Assembly: GCA_038870975.1 (NCBI GenBank)
Contig: JAVZJD010000001.1
Span: forward strand, 192,001-256,000
Source: Candidatus Bathyarchaeia archaeon
GTDB taxonomy: Archaea > Thermoproteota > CALKCG01 > B24
Length of the DNA stretch: 64,000 nucleotides
Direction of reading: 5' to 3'
Part shown: positions 50,572 to 60,089 of the stretch, piece by piece
Position numbering within the stretch: position 1 is the stretch's first letter
Layout: each line of letters begins with the position of its first letter
Notes under the pieces: model-generated
The model's database searches: none
What the model saw: only the letters and a program-made list of their open reading frames with translations
What the model was told of the DNA's origin: nothing
Position numbers and translations under genes: made by a program

Positions 50572-51402
50572 TTGCGTCTTCTAAAACGAGGAAAAGTTAA
50601 AGATGTGTATGAGGTTGACGAACACACCCTGCTATTCCATTTCACTAATAGAGTTTCAGCTTTTGATGTAGTCCTCCCCTCAGAAATACCGTTCAAAGGA
50701 GAAGTTTTATGCCGCATGACTGGTTTTTGGTTTAAAACCCTTCATTATCCAAATCACATGCTTGAGCTTATACTTCCAGATAAAATGCTGGTTAAACGCC
50801 TAGAAATGATACCCATTGAGTTCATAGTTAGGGGTTATATCTACGGTGGTCTTTATGAGAGAATGTTGAAGGGGGAGACTCAAATTCCGGTTGAACCTAT
50901 ACTAGCCGCTAAACTTCCAGAACCCATGTTAGATCTAACCACTAAATTTGAGGCTAAAGATAGACCTCTAACTAAGGAGGAGGTGTTTTCAAGAGGATGG
51001 CTTACTTCAGATGAGTATAACATGCTTAAGGACGCCTGCATAGATATTTATCAATCTATGGCTTCTAGAGCTGAAGAGAAAGGATTCATACTGGCTGATC
51101 TTAAATTGGAATTTGGCCGTACCCAAGATGGAAAGATACTATTAGCAGATTCCATCGGCCCAGATGAATTCAGACTCTGGTTGAAATCCAAATATAGTCC
51201 TGGAAAGAGACAGGAAAGCTATGATAAGCAGCCAGTTAGAGATTGGTTGGAGAATGTAGGATATAGGAGGGCTTTAGAAGAGGCTGTTAGATTGGGTAAA
51301 CCAATACCGCCTCCTCCGAAGCTTCCGGAGCATATAATTGCTGAAGTAAGTAGGCGTTATATTGAAGCATTTGAAAAACTTACAGGTGAAAAATTCCGAT
51401 AA
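50572..51402 (+). CDS. purC: SAICAR synthetase
   Basis: GKVKDVY, RVSAFD, EFIVRGY, ADLKLEFG, YDKQ. Confidence 0.95.
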   Translation: MRLLKRGKVKDVYEVDEHTLLFHFTNRVSAFDVVLPSEIPFKGEVLCRMTGFWFKTLHYPNHMLELILPDKMLVKRLEMIPIEFIVRGYIYGGLYERMLKGETQIPVEPILAAKLPEPMLDLTTKFEAKDRPLTKEEVFSRGWLTSDEYNMLKDACIDIYQSMASRAEEKGFILADLKLEFGRTQDGKILLADSIGPDEFRLWLKSKYSPGKRQESYDKQPVRDWLENVGYRRALEEAVRLGKPIPPPPKLPEHIIAEVSRRYIEAFEKLTGEKFR

Positions 51403-51417
51403 TTGGGGGGTTGAACC

Positions 51418-52485
51418 ATGAGTATTCCTAAAGATTATCGTGAGGCTGGCGTAGATTTAGACGAAGTTTCTGAAATACATAGATTAGCGAAGAAGATTCT
51501 TGAAAGAACATTCATTTTCAGAAAAGGACGAGTTGGCAGTGTATTAACAGAAATAGGACATTATGCTGGTGTAATAGATTTAGATGGTAGTAAAGCAATA
51601 GCGGTTCACGTTGATGGTGTAGGTACTAAGGTTTTGATAGCTCAAATGATGGACAGGTATGATACAATAGGTATAGACTGTGTAGCCATGTGTGTAAACG
51701 ACTTGATATGCATAGGTGCAGAACCCATAGCACTGGTGGACTATCTTGCAGTTCAAGAACCTAGAAATGATTTGATAGAACCCATTATGGAGGGTATAGC
51801 TAGGGGTGCTGAGGAGGCTTCAATAGCCATAATAGGCGGTGAAACGGCGATTATGAAGGATGTAATTAAAGGCTTTAGAGAGGGGTATGGTTTCGACTTG
51901 GCCGCTATGTGTGTAGGAGTTGTAGATAAACGTAAGATAGTAACTGGTTCTTCCATCAAACCTAGGGATTGCGTAGTAGGTTTAGCTAGTACTGGTATAC
52001 ACTCTAATGGGTTGACTTTGGCTAGAAAAGTTCTACTATCCAAGTTTACAATCAATAGCTACATAAAGGAGCTTGGATGTACATTAGGTGAGGAGCTTTT
52101 AAAACCCACGCGAATATACGTTAAACCTATTCTGAAGATTTTAAGCGAATTTGAAGTTCATGGATTAGCGCACATAACAGGCGGCTCTTTTACAAAGCTT
52201 ATGAGGATAGGTCGTCTAGCCAATGTAGGTTTCGAACTTTATAATATGCCTGACCCGCTACCCATATTTAAACTCATACAGAGCATAGGTTTGATAGATG
52301 ATAAGGAAATGTATAGAACTTTTAATATGGGCATAGGTTTTTGTGTAATCGTTCCACCATATGAGGCAGACAGTGTAGTAGAGACGTGTAAAAAAATGGG
52401 GGTTGAAAGCTACATCATTGGAGAAGCTTCTGAAGATATGAAAGTTAAAATTAGACTTAATGATAGATCTTTTATTTTATATTAA
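51418..52485 (+). CDS. purM: AIR synthetase (phosphoribosylformylglycinamidine cyclo-ligase)
   Basis: AGVD, DGVGTK, GGETA, GIHSNG, AHITGG, TFNMGIG. Confidence 0.96.
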   Translation: MSIPKDYREAGVDLDEVSEIHRLAKKILERTFIFRKGRVGSVLTEIGHYAGVIDLDGSKAIAVHVDGVGTKVLIAQMMDRYDTIGIDCVAMCVNDLICIGAEPIALVDYLAVQEPRNDLIEPIMEGIARGAEEASIAIIGGETAIMKDVIKGFREGYGFDLAAMCVGVVDKRKIVTGSSIKPRDCVVGLASTGIHSNGLTLARKVLLSKFTINSYIKELGCTLGEELLKPTRIYVKPILKILSEFEVHGLAHITGGSFTKLMRIGRLANVGFELYNMPDPLPIFKLIQSIGLIDDKEMYRTFNMGIGFCVIVPPYEADSVVETCKKMGVESYIIGEASEDMKVKIRLNDRSFILY

Positions 52486-53020
52486 TTTTCTTGACCATAT
52501 TATTATTTGCCTCTAGATAACCTTTAGCATACTCTTGCGTAACTTTTTTCTCTGATATAGGTGCTTCTAAAATCTTAGGAATTAAACCAGTTTGAAGACT
52601 CTTTATAATTGGCGTCGCAAATTCTATTTCAACATTCATGTCCTTAAGTTTTGAAAGAATGTCATCTATTTCTTCTTTATTCCTGCCAACTACGAACAGT
52701 ATTCCCTCTGGTTTCCCTAGGGAGCTTACAACCATAGTGACTTGAGGTATTTCTCGAATTCTTTTCAAAAACTCGCTTCTAAACCTATGGTCTGGGAAGT
52801 TAATACCTATACACATGTACTCAGTTAAACCAAGCTTTTCTAGATCCAGCACGACAGTGTAGCCTTTTATAATACCCATCTCTTCAAGCTTGTTGATCCT
52901 ATATGCCACGACGTTGGGATGCATGTTCAATTTCCTACCTATATCCACGAGTGAAATGCTGGAATCCTCTATGAGCAGTGAAAGTATTCTCAGGTCTTTT
53001 TCATCTATTTCAGAGTTCAT
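52472..53020 (-). CDS. Lrp/AsnC family transcriptional regulator
   Basis: IDEKDLRIL..L, HTH, RINKLEEMGIIKGY; RAM-like C-terminal domain. Confidence 0.88.
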   Translation of the reverse strand: MNSEIDEKDLRILSLLIEDSSISLVDIGRKLNMHPNVVAYRINKLEEMGIIKGYTVVLDLEKLGLTEYMCIGINFPDHRFRSEFLKRIREIPQVTMVVSSLGKPEGILFVVGRNKEEIDDILSKLKDMNVEIEFATPIIKSLQTGLIPKILEAPISEKKVTQEYAKGYLEANNNMVKKINIK

Positions 53021-53033
53021 TTCTCCACCTCAT

Positions 53034-54155
53034 CTAAACGGCTTTAAATCTCTTCCACCACTTATCATAGAGCTGTACCATGTCTTCGGAGACACTGGGC
53101 ATCCTATTTTTAATGATTTCGATAAAGTCATCCATTGTTATCGCCCTAGCTTCGCTTTCATTATTCTCAAATACCTCTCGAACTACTCTGATCTGTGCTT
53201 CTTGAACCACATCCCTGATATCGCTACCTGTATAACCCTCGGTTAATCTAGCGAGCTGGTTAAAATCTACACTTTCATCAAGCTTTAACCGTTTACAGTA
53301 CAATTTAAATAATTCGACCCGTGCTTCGTAGTTTGGTGGAGGTATGTATATTCTCTTCTGGAACCTACGTATGAAAGGTTCATCTAAACTCCAAGGTTTA
53401 TTTGTGGCACCTATGACGTAGAGGTAGAAGTTTTTATTTTTATCGTAAAGACCATCCATCTCTTTGAGTAATTGATTCCTAGCTCTAACCTCTCCTCCGA
53501 CTTCATGATCCCTTATCCCAACTAGGGAATCTATTTCATCTATGAATATAATCGTGGGTCTCCCCTTAAGCGAAAGCTGCCTAGCATTGTCGAAAAGAGC
53601 AGCCACGTTTTTCTCAGATTCACCGAGCCATTTAGACATTATAGTAGCAGAATCCACGTAGAAGAAGTTTGCATCGATTTCATTAGCCACAGCAGCAGCA
53701 AGCATAGTTTTACCACAACCGGGGGGTCCGAAAAACAGTATTCCTCTTGGCCATCCAAGTGGGAAAAGGTCTGGCCTTTTAACTGGATACACTATTGCTT
53801 CTGTTATGGCCCTTTTAGCTTCTTCTAAGTCTGCAATGTCGTCCCACTTGACATTCGGCCTATCTTTATCTTCAAGTAGATTAGATGTCTGGGCTTTCCC
53901 TGCCGATTTTACGTCAAAGCCGGTTGTTTCTAAATTTAGACTTTGAAAATCCTTAGCCCTCCTCAAGTACTCTTCTGCTTTTTCAGCGTAAATCCTAGCT
54001 TGGGGAGATTGGGGATATAACGAGCATACAGTTAAAAGTATTTCAGCGGCCCTATGATATTTAACAGCTGCTAACCTAGTTGCTCCCTGCTTATCTAGGT
54101 TTATAGCCTCTAAAACATTCTTTTCAGCCATCTTTATGAGTTCTTCGTAGGCCAT
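53034..54155 (-). CDS. cdvC: cell division AAA ATPase CdvC (Vps4)
   Basis: MIT domain, LFPLGWPRGIL, GPPGCGKT, SKWLGESEK, FIDEID, ATNKPW, RRFQKR. Confidence 0.95.
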   Translation of the reverse strand: MAYEELIKMAEKNVLEAINLDKQGATRLAAVKYHRAAEILLTVCSLYPQSPQARIYAEKAEEYLRRAKDFQSLNLETTGFDVKSAGKAQTSNLLEDKDRPNVKWDDIADLEEAKRAITEAIVYPVKRPDLFPLGWPRGILFFGPPGCGKTMLAAAVANEIDANFFYVDSATIMSKWLGESEKNVAALFDNARQLSLKGRPTIIFIDEIDSLVGIRDHEVGGEVRARNQLLKEMDGLYDKNKNFYLYVIGATNKPWSLDEPFIRRFQKRIYIPPPNYEARVELFKLYCKRLKLDESVDFNQLARLTEGYTGSDIRDVVQEAQIRVVREVFENNESEARAITMDDFIEIIKNRMPSVSEDMVQLYDKWWKRFKAV

Positions 54156-54173
54156 GAATCCCCCCCGGTTAAG

Positions 54174-55004
54174 CTATATCACTTTTATAATACCCTTCTC
54201 CCTAAGACGTTTAATCGCATTTTTAACTTCATCAGTAGATAATCTAAGCTCGAGAGCACATTTACTAATGCTAATCTTACCCTGGTTTCTGACTATATAG
54301 TTGTAAACTTCTTCATCTATTCTTCTATTGATCCAATTTACAGTTCGTGTAGGAATAGAGGAGGATGTTGCGATACTGATCTCACCCTCTCCGAGTGGTT
54401 CACCTAGCTTGGGTAATTCTGGAAATCTCTCCTTAATCTTTTGTTCCGCGATTACCGAGGCTTCTTCAATTATATGCTGCGCTTCTTCGCTTAACACATG
54501 TGGCGTATCAAACCCTTGAGTAGAGACCCCGGTTTCGAGAACTGTTTGATTTAGAATTCTATGGATCTTATCAAGTTCATTTGAGACCTCGGGTACAATT
54601 CCAGAAAGCTTCTTACTGACCTCGCTGACGATTCCTATAACTGGAGATAGTTGAGCCATAATATCTCCAAATTCTTTGACAGTTTCAAGTCTTAGAATAA
54701 CACGTTCAATACTTAGCTGAGCGCTCATTATGAGTTTTGCCATATTTCTTATTTCTGCACATTCATTAGCGTACATCACGGCATGGGCTCTGTCGTTTGA
54801 AAGATGAGCACCTATACATTTCTCAAAAACTTGTCTATCTCTTCTCTGAAGCTTATTTAATGTATTTTCAAGCTTGTCCTTTTGAATCTGAAGGTTGTAA
54901 ATGGCCTTAACTATACGCTCCTTCAGAGGTTTATTTGATATCTTGAGCTTATCTTCAATCTTTCTCCAAAGGCTACGATCTTCGCTGGACCACCGTACCC
55001 TCAA
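54174..55004 (-). CDS. cdvB: ESCRT-III protein CdvB with C-terminal winged helix
   Basis: Snf7 core (YANECAEIR, LRLETV), MIM2-like FPELP, C-terminal wH domain. Confidence 0.9.
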   Translation of the reverse strand: MRVRWSSEDRSLWRKIEDKLKISNKPLKERIVKAIYNLQIQKDKLENTLNKLQRRDRQVFEKCIGAHLSNDRAHAVMYANECAEIRNMAKLIMSAQLSIERVILRLETVKEFGDIMAQLSPVIGIVSEVSKKLSGIVPEVSNELDKIHRILNQTVLETGVSTQGFDTPHVLSEEAQHIIEEASVIAEQKIKERFPELPKLGEPLGEGEISIATSSSIPTRTVNWINRRIDEEVYNYIVRNQGKISISKCALELRLSTDEVKNAIKRLREKGIIKVI

Positions 55005-55023
55005 AGATCACCCTCCTTCGATG

Positions 55024-55791
55024 TCACTCTACGATTTTTACATTTATCGGGGAACCCTCTTTCTTATCTTTAGTACCCTTATCCTCCGTCTTCGATTCTC
55101 CAATATTGGAGGGTGTAAGTCCGCTTCCAATTTCAATCTTCGGTATAACTGGTTTGACTTCTGGCTTTATGGCTGAAGGGGGTTTAAAATCAAGTTTTGA
55201 AAGCTTCATTATAGTATGTTCGAGTTGTTCTTTCTCATTGAAGGATTTTGTTAGACCGTCTTCAACTATGGATATTGCATCCTTGAATAGGTCCTCGCCG
55301 ATTTCACCAGTAGATTTCTGCATTTTAAGACTTGTTCTAAACATCTGGAGTTCTTTTATTTGGCCATTCAGTTTATCTACGCGGGTTTTAAGTCTCGTAA
55401 TTAAGTTGTCTCTCTTATCCTTGAGTTCTTTTAGAGAGGCTTCATGTGTTTTCTTGAATTCATCGTAGGTTTCAGTAGGAATTTCACCCATCCTGAATAA
55501 TTCATCTAATGCCTGTATTCGTTTAATTGCTAAGTCGAGGGCTTTAGCTATCTCCATCGATTCCAGTTCCCACGGATAAAGATATACCAACGCCCCAGAT
55601 TCTATGCTAAACTGTTTACTTGGACACCTTAGGAAGTCGCCGTTTCCAAATTCAACCTCTACGTCTGTAACCTGCTGATTTACATCCGCTATAAGCCCCA
55701 CTATTCGACCAAGAGTTCTTCCATAGCTATCTCTCACATGTTTACCCAAAAACTTCTTAAACTCATTCAACTCAAAACTCATGCATATCAC
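55024..55791 (-). CDS. cdvA: cell division protein CdvA
   Basis: PRC barrel (GKHVRDSYGR.LG), RIQALDEL...GEI coiled coil, C-terminal beta-strand PINVKIVE. Confidence 0.9.
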   Translation of the reverse strand: MICMSFELNEFKKFLGKHVRDSYGRTLGRIVGLIADVNQQVTDVEVEFGNGDFLRCPSKQFSIESGALVYLYPWELESMEIAKALDLAIKRIQALDELFRMGEIPTETYDEFKKTHEASLKELKDKRDNLITRLKTRVDKLNGQIKELQMFRTSLKMQKSTGEIGEDLFKDAISIVEDGLTKSFNEKEQLEHTIMKLSKLDFKPPSAIKPEVKPVIPKIEIGSGLTPSNIGESKTEDKGTKDKKEGSPINVKIVE

Positions 55792-56393
55792 CTCCTAACA
55801 CGTTCAGATTCAGGAGATGGGAGCTCAGGAAGTCTCTCTTTCAGTTTTTGCTCTGCCAAGGCAGATGCTTCAGCTAGTATTTTCTGAGCTTCGCTACTCA
55901 TCGGTTCTAAGTCCCATCTTTGACCTGAGGCCTCTCCAACCTCTACCACCATTTTACTCAATTCATCGCCTATACGGCCAAGCTCATAACTAACCTCTGG
56001 AACTATGCCTCCAAGCTGTTTCCTTAAAGCTGTTATAACCCCTGCAACGGGCCCCATAACTGTTATAACATCTCCGAATTCCTCGATAGTCTCAAGCCTT
56101 AAAAGGACGTGTTCTAACGCGAGTTTGCTTTTCAGTAGGATTTTTGAGATCTTCCTGACTTCTGCGCACTCATTTGCGTAAAGGGAGGCCCGGGCGTCAT
56201 CTCCCATAGCTTGAGCGGCGACACATTTCTCGAATAGTTCCTTTTCGTGTTGTTCCATTCTTATAGACGTCATGTCAAGCTTACTCAGTTGACCTTTAAG
56301 TCTATATATAGTCTCATCTATTCTCTCTTTGAGCGGCTTCTCCCGTTTGACTACCCCAGTTGGCTTATCCCAACCTTTCAGTTTTTTACTCAT
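55788..56393 (-). CDS. ESCRT-III (Snf7) paralog without wH (CdvB1/B2-like)
   Basis: YANECAEVRK, LRLETI, PEVS.EL, EAQKIL.EA, MIM2-like LPELP. Confidence 0.88.
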   Translation of the reverse strand: MSKKLKGWDKPTGVVKREKPLKERIDETIYRLKGQLSKLDMTSIRMEQHEKELFEKCVAAQAMGDDARASLYANECAEVRKISKILLKSKLALEHVLLRLETIEEFGDVITVMGPVAGVITALRKQLGGIVPEVSYELGRIGDELSKMVVEVGEASGQRWDLEPMSSEAQKILAEASALAEQKLKERLPELPSPESERVRR

Positions 56394-56729
56394 GGATTCA
56401 CCTCAAGTCGGCGGAAGTTATAACGTTCAGAACTGAACTTAAGGATAGTCTAAGATTTTTTAGTTAAACTTGACCTGTGAAGGTCTGAGTTTTTTCTTAC
56501 TCCAAAAACATCTTTTAAACTCACATATGCGAAGGTATTACGTACGTGTAGCTTTGCGTCTTATCCAGCGGAATACCATGATTAAAACTCACTTAATAAG
56601 TATCTTATTCATTATTCACATCTTAGATAATTACCAGCTCAAGACGCTTAGAATATATACGAGCATCAGTAATTTTAACCAAGCTCTTTCACCTATAGGG
56701 TTAGAATTCTCAAACTCTAAGGCGGGAGG

Positions 56730-57998
56730 TTACTTAGTTATGTTTGCTTCCTCTTCAAAGCATCTGATGTCTGTGAACAGTAGTGAAAGAGTTAGACATA
56801 GTGTCCCGAGAATACTACACCCTAGAAACAGATTAACTATACCCATGTAATCCGCTAATGGCCCCGAGATTATCATCCCCACGGGTGATGCGAGGTTGCA
56901 TAAAGTCATCATTACTGAGCTCACTCTACCGTATAGGTGTTTAGGGACGATTATTTGAACCAGTGTGATGAATGACACGTTTATAATCGGCAGACAGAAG
57001 TGTGATGCAAACATGGCAGATGCGATAAGCCAGAAGAAACCCTTAGGAGAAAGAGCTATAAGAGCATACATGGCGAAGAAGACGTAGAGAAAGTACATGG
57101 CAGTAAGCATCTTTCTTCTAAATCCTTTGATTACAGACATGAGTACTCCGCCAAGGAGCATTCCAATCTGGGAAGCCGCTACTATGAATGCTAACTCCGA
57201 TGCTTCACCTTGATGAGTAAATTTAATATAGTATGGAAGAAGGACGTCTAATGGCATGGCTAGGAAGTTAATCATCATAGCCATCATGAATACTGCCATA
57301 AAACCCTTAGTATGCTTTATGAAGGCTAAACCATCTATAAAATCTCTAGCGAAGGACGTTTTCTCCTCGCTGGTTTTTATTCTTCTAGTAGGTATTTTGA
57401 TCATCGTTAATGGAATTACGGCAATTAGAAAAGTTGTAACGTCAAGCCAGAGTATCTCATGAATCGCCCATATTTCCAACATCACAGCTGCTGTGATGGG
57501 CCCTATAAAGCCGACAGCACCGCCTAGTAAGAAGTTCAAACCATTTATACGGCTCAACTTATCGCTTGGAACCATAAGGGGGATTAAAGTAGATATTGCT
57601 GGTGCTTGAAAGGCTTGGAAAACACTTCTAACCGCGATTAGAACGATTAAAGTCCATACTGAGATTACGTTAAACCAGAACAGTAGTATAATCATCAGAG
57701 CGATTAAAGCCTGAAGAAAATCTGTAACACCTATCAGAATTTTACGGTTCCATCGATCAGCGAAGACGCCAGTGAAGGGTGTTAAAACTACGAAGGGTGT
57801 GAATGTTGCAAAAGATGCTATAGATAGGTATACAGTACTCCTAGTCTCAAGAGTTATCCACCATGTTATTACAAATTGAGCTACACTTGAACCTAGCATG
57901 GAGGTGAATTGTCCAGAGAGAAATATCAGATAGTGCTTAAAAGTTGTTTGAGATGGTTGTAAGTCCATAGCATCGCACCCTTCAACTTTAAATGTCAA
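56730..57998 (-). CDS. MFS transporter (DHA3 / macrolide-efflux-like)
   Basis: GQFTSMLGS, GVFADRWNRK, AFQAPA, GRV motifs; about 12 TM helices. Confidence 0.88.
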   Translation of the reverse strand: MTFKVEGCDAMDLQPSQTTFKHYLIFLSGQFTSMLGSSVAQFVITWWITLETRSTVYLSIASFATFTPFVVLTPFTGVFADRWNRKILIGVTDFLQALIALMIILLFWFNVISVWTLIVLIAVRSVFQAFQAPAISTLIPLMVPSDKLSRINGLNFLLGGAVGFIGPITAAVMLEIWAIHEILWLDVTTFLIAVIPLTMIKIPTRRIKTSEEKTSFARDFIDGLAFIKHTKGFMAVFMMAMMINFLAMPLDVLLPYYIKFTHQGEASELAFIVAASQIGMLLGGVLMSVIKGFRRKMLTAMYFLYVFFAMYALIALSPKGFFWLIASAMFASHFCLPIINVSFITLVQIIVPKHLYGRVSSVMMTLCNLASPVGMIISGPLADYMGIVNLFLGCSILGTLCLTLSLLFTDIRCFEEEANITK

Positions 57999-58166
57999 TA
58001 TAAATATCTATTGTACGACGGAATTAAAAATTAACGCACATAAAGAGATCATGAAGTGTGATGCAATCAAGTAGTTTCATGGCTAAAATTTGGATTTTCA
58101 ATTTAAATCATCGACTAGAAACGTAACTTCTCGATTTCAGTTAATTGAGATGCCTTCAAAGCTTAT

Positions 58167-59483
58167 TTACGGTATGTGCCAACACTCTATGAGTTTGTAT
58201 TTAATATCTTTCTTCTCCAAGCCGTACCTTGAAAGAGGCTTTGTAAGATGGCGTTGAGCCCTAGGAGGAGGAATGTATAAACCTGGTTTAATCTCTCTAG
58301 GCGTTTCAACTTCTAACTTATGCATGTTTGAATCTCTAAGTCCGCACTTTTCACACTTAAACCCTTTAGCACGGCCCATAGACTTCATAGTTGAATTGCA
58401 TTTGGGGCACTTAGGGTTGAAGTATTTAACATCCCTGGCAAGAGAAACTATTCTTATTTTTTCGAGGTTAATAGTCATAGTGCCGTTTAAAGGTCTAACA
58501 CCACCATAGATTTCTACTACATCGCCTGGGATAAGCTTTTTAACAGCTTCTCTGAAGCTACCAGTAGGCTCATAAGCAGCGCAATCGAAAAATCTATCTT
58601 TAAAGGCTATTTTAAAGATTACATGACCGCCAGGTACTACATGAGGCTTCTCACAGACAACTCCTTTAAATGCAACTGCTCTATACGGCTTAACATCCCT
58701 AGGATTTTCCACCCACTTAAGGTGGGCATCGGTACCTTGATTTGTTCTAAATATGACCCAGCGTTCTATGGGTTCATAGACATCGACTATTTTCATGGCT
58801 TTGACAAGCACAGTTGGGTCTTCTCCTCTAATTCCATACAATACAGGATCCGGCCCCCTGGGAGTTATAAGTATACGTCCAGTCTCGAGATCTAAGTTGT
58901 TAAAGGTCATAGGGCTTGTAACTCTATCCATTAAAAATACGCTTTCGGCAGAAACCATTCTAGGCATACCTCTGTAATCATCGGTCCTATAGGCTAGAAG
59001 CTCGTAGGTGTAATCATCCTGAAGTGTTTCACCTACTGCTGCTAATGCTCCGATAATTCCTTTAAGGCTTTTACTTGCATATACTTCAACGCCACATTTA
59101 CCAGCGACTTTTAAAGCGCAATCTACATTTAGAAAATCGTATAAAGCCATCTTAGAAAACATTTTAATTTTATTTGGAATAGTTCCGCTTAGGAAAACCA
59201 CCGCTGGATCTGCATCATGTTGAGAAAGCGTCTCAACCGTATGTAAGACCTCGTACTTAATTTTATCCATCTGTTCAACTTTAGTTTTCAATCTTATCGC
59301 AACAGCACCATTTCCCCTAGTTTTCCATGGGATATTAGGGTTTAACCTAATCAAAGCTGGGTAGTCTTGAAACTCTACATTTAGCTTTGTAAGCCTCTCA
59401 ATAAGCACGGCAGCAACATAAGTTGTACATCCCCCGTGTAAGGAGTCTGTATCGTCAATACCAATGTGCAGTGTAACGTCCAT
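58167..59483 (-). CDS. tiaS: tRNA(Ile2) agmatidine synthetase
   Basis: IGIDDTDS..GGCTT, RLNPNIPWKTRGN, GPDPVLYGIRG, TNQGTD, YEPT, Zn ribbon, RHLTKP. Confidence 0.96.
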   Translation of the reverse strand: MDVTLHIGIDDTDSLHGGCTTYVAAVLIERLTKLNVEFQDYPALIRLNPNIPWKTRGNGAVAIRLKTKVEQMDKIKYEVLHTVETLSQHDADPAVVFLSGTIPNKIKMFSKMALYDFLNVDCALKVAGKCGVEVYASKSLKGIIGALAAVGETLQDDYTYELLAYRTDDYRGMPRMVSAESVFLMDRVTSPMTFNNLDLETGRILITPRGPDPVLYGIRGEDPTVLVKAMKIVDVYEPIERWVIFRTNQGTDAHLKWVENPRDVKPYRAVAFKGVVCEKPHVVPGGHVIFKIAFKDRFFDCAAYEPTGSFREAVKKLIPGDVVEIYGGVRPLNGTMTINLEKIRIVSLARDVKYFNPKCPKCNSTMKSMGRAKGFKCEKCGLRDSNMHKLEVETPREIKPGLYIPPPRAQRHLTKPLSRYGLEKKDIKYKLIECWHIP

Positions 59484-59528
59484 AACATAGCCCTCGACAA
59501 ACCAAGGTGAAAATTCCAGCCTATCAAA

Positions 59529-60089
59529 TTAAGCCTTAAACCAGTTGAATAGCAAGTATACGACCCTATTTTCATCGAGTTTAGGTATGGCTACTATAAA
59601 CCTTTTTCTGACAGTTGTAGCCAATCTACCAGACCTAACAATTTCAGTAGCACTTATGGTTTCATTTAGCATTTTAACTTGAACAATGTAAGGAGCATGA
59701 TCTATACCTGGACCTCTTCTATAGACCGCAAAGTCTGAACCGAACTTTATGCCTGTAGTTACTACATAACCCTTCTCTCTCAAATCCCGGTAAACGAGGT
59801 ATTTTCCATCAAATCCTTCTATAGCAAGTCTACCGTACTTCTTAACATCTTCTGCGGTGAGCTCTAAATTCGTCAACTGATCCAAGACCCTTATGAATCC
59901 CTTCTCTAGCAGATATGTTCCTTCTAAAAGATCTAATATTAAAGGCTTATCGAATTCGGCTGTTTTAGGTTTACTTATACCTACTGGTTTACCGTAAAAG
60001 CCGAGTTTATAGAGTCTCGATCCTTCCTCAGGATTCCAAACTATAATTCTATCACCTGCTAAAGTAGTAGTTATTAAAGAAGCTTTCAA
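59529..60089 (-). CDS. endA: tRNA-splicing endonuclease catalytic (alpha) subunit with crenarchaeal-specific loop
   Basis: GFYGKPVGISKPK..F..PL loop, VYRDLREKG, GIKFG.DFAVY..GPG.DHA (Tyr, His), VRK (Lys). Confidence 0.94.
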   Translation of the reverse strand: MKASLITTTLAGDRIIVWNPEEGSRLYKLGFYGKPVGISKPKTAEFDKPLILDLLEGTYLLEKGFIRVLDQLTNLELTAEDVKKYGRLAIEGFDGKYLVYRDLREKGYVVTTGIKFGSDFAVYRRGPGIDHAPYIVQVKMLNETISATEIVRSGRLATTVRKRFIVAIPKLDENRVVYLLFNWFKA

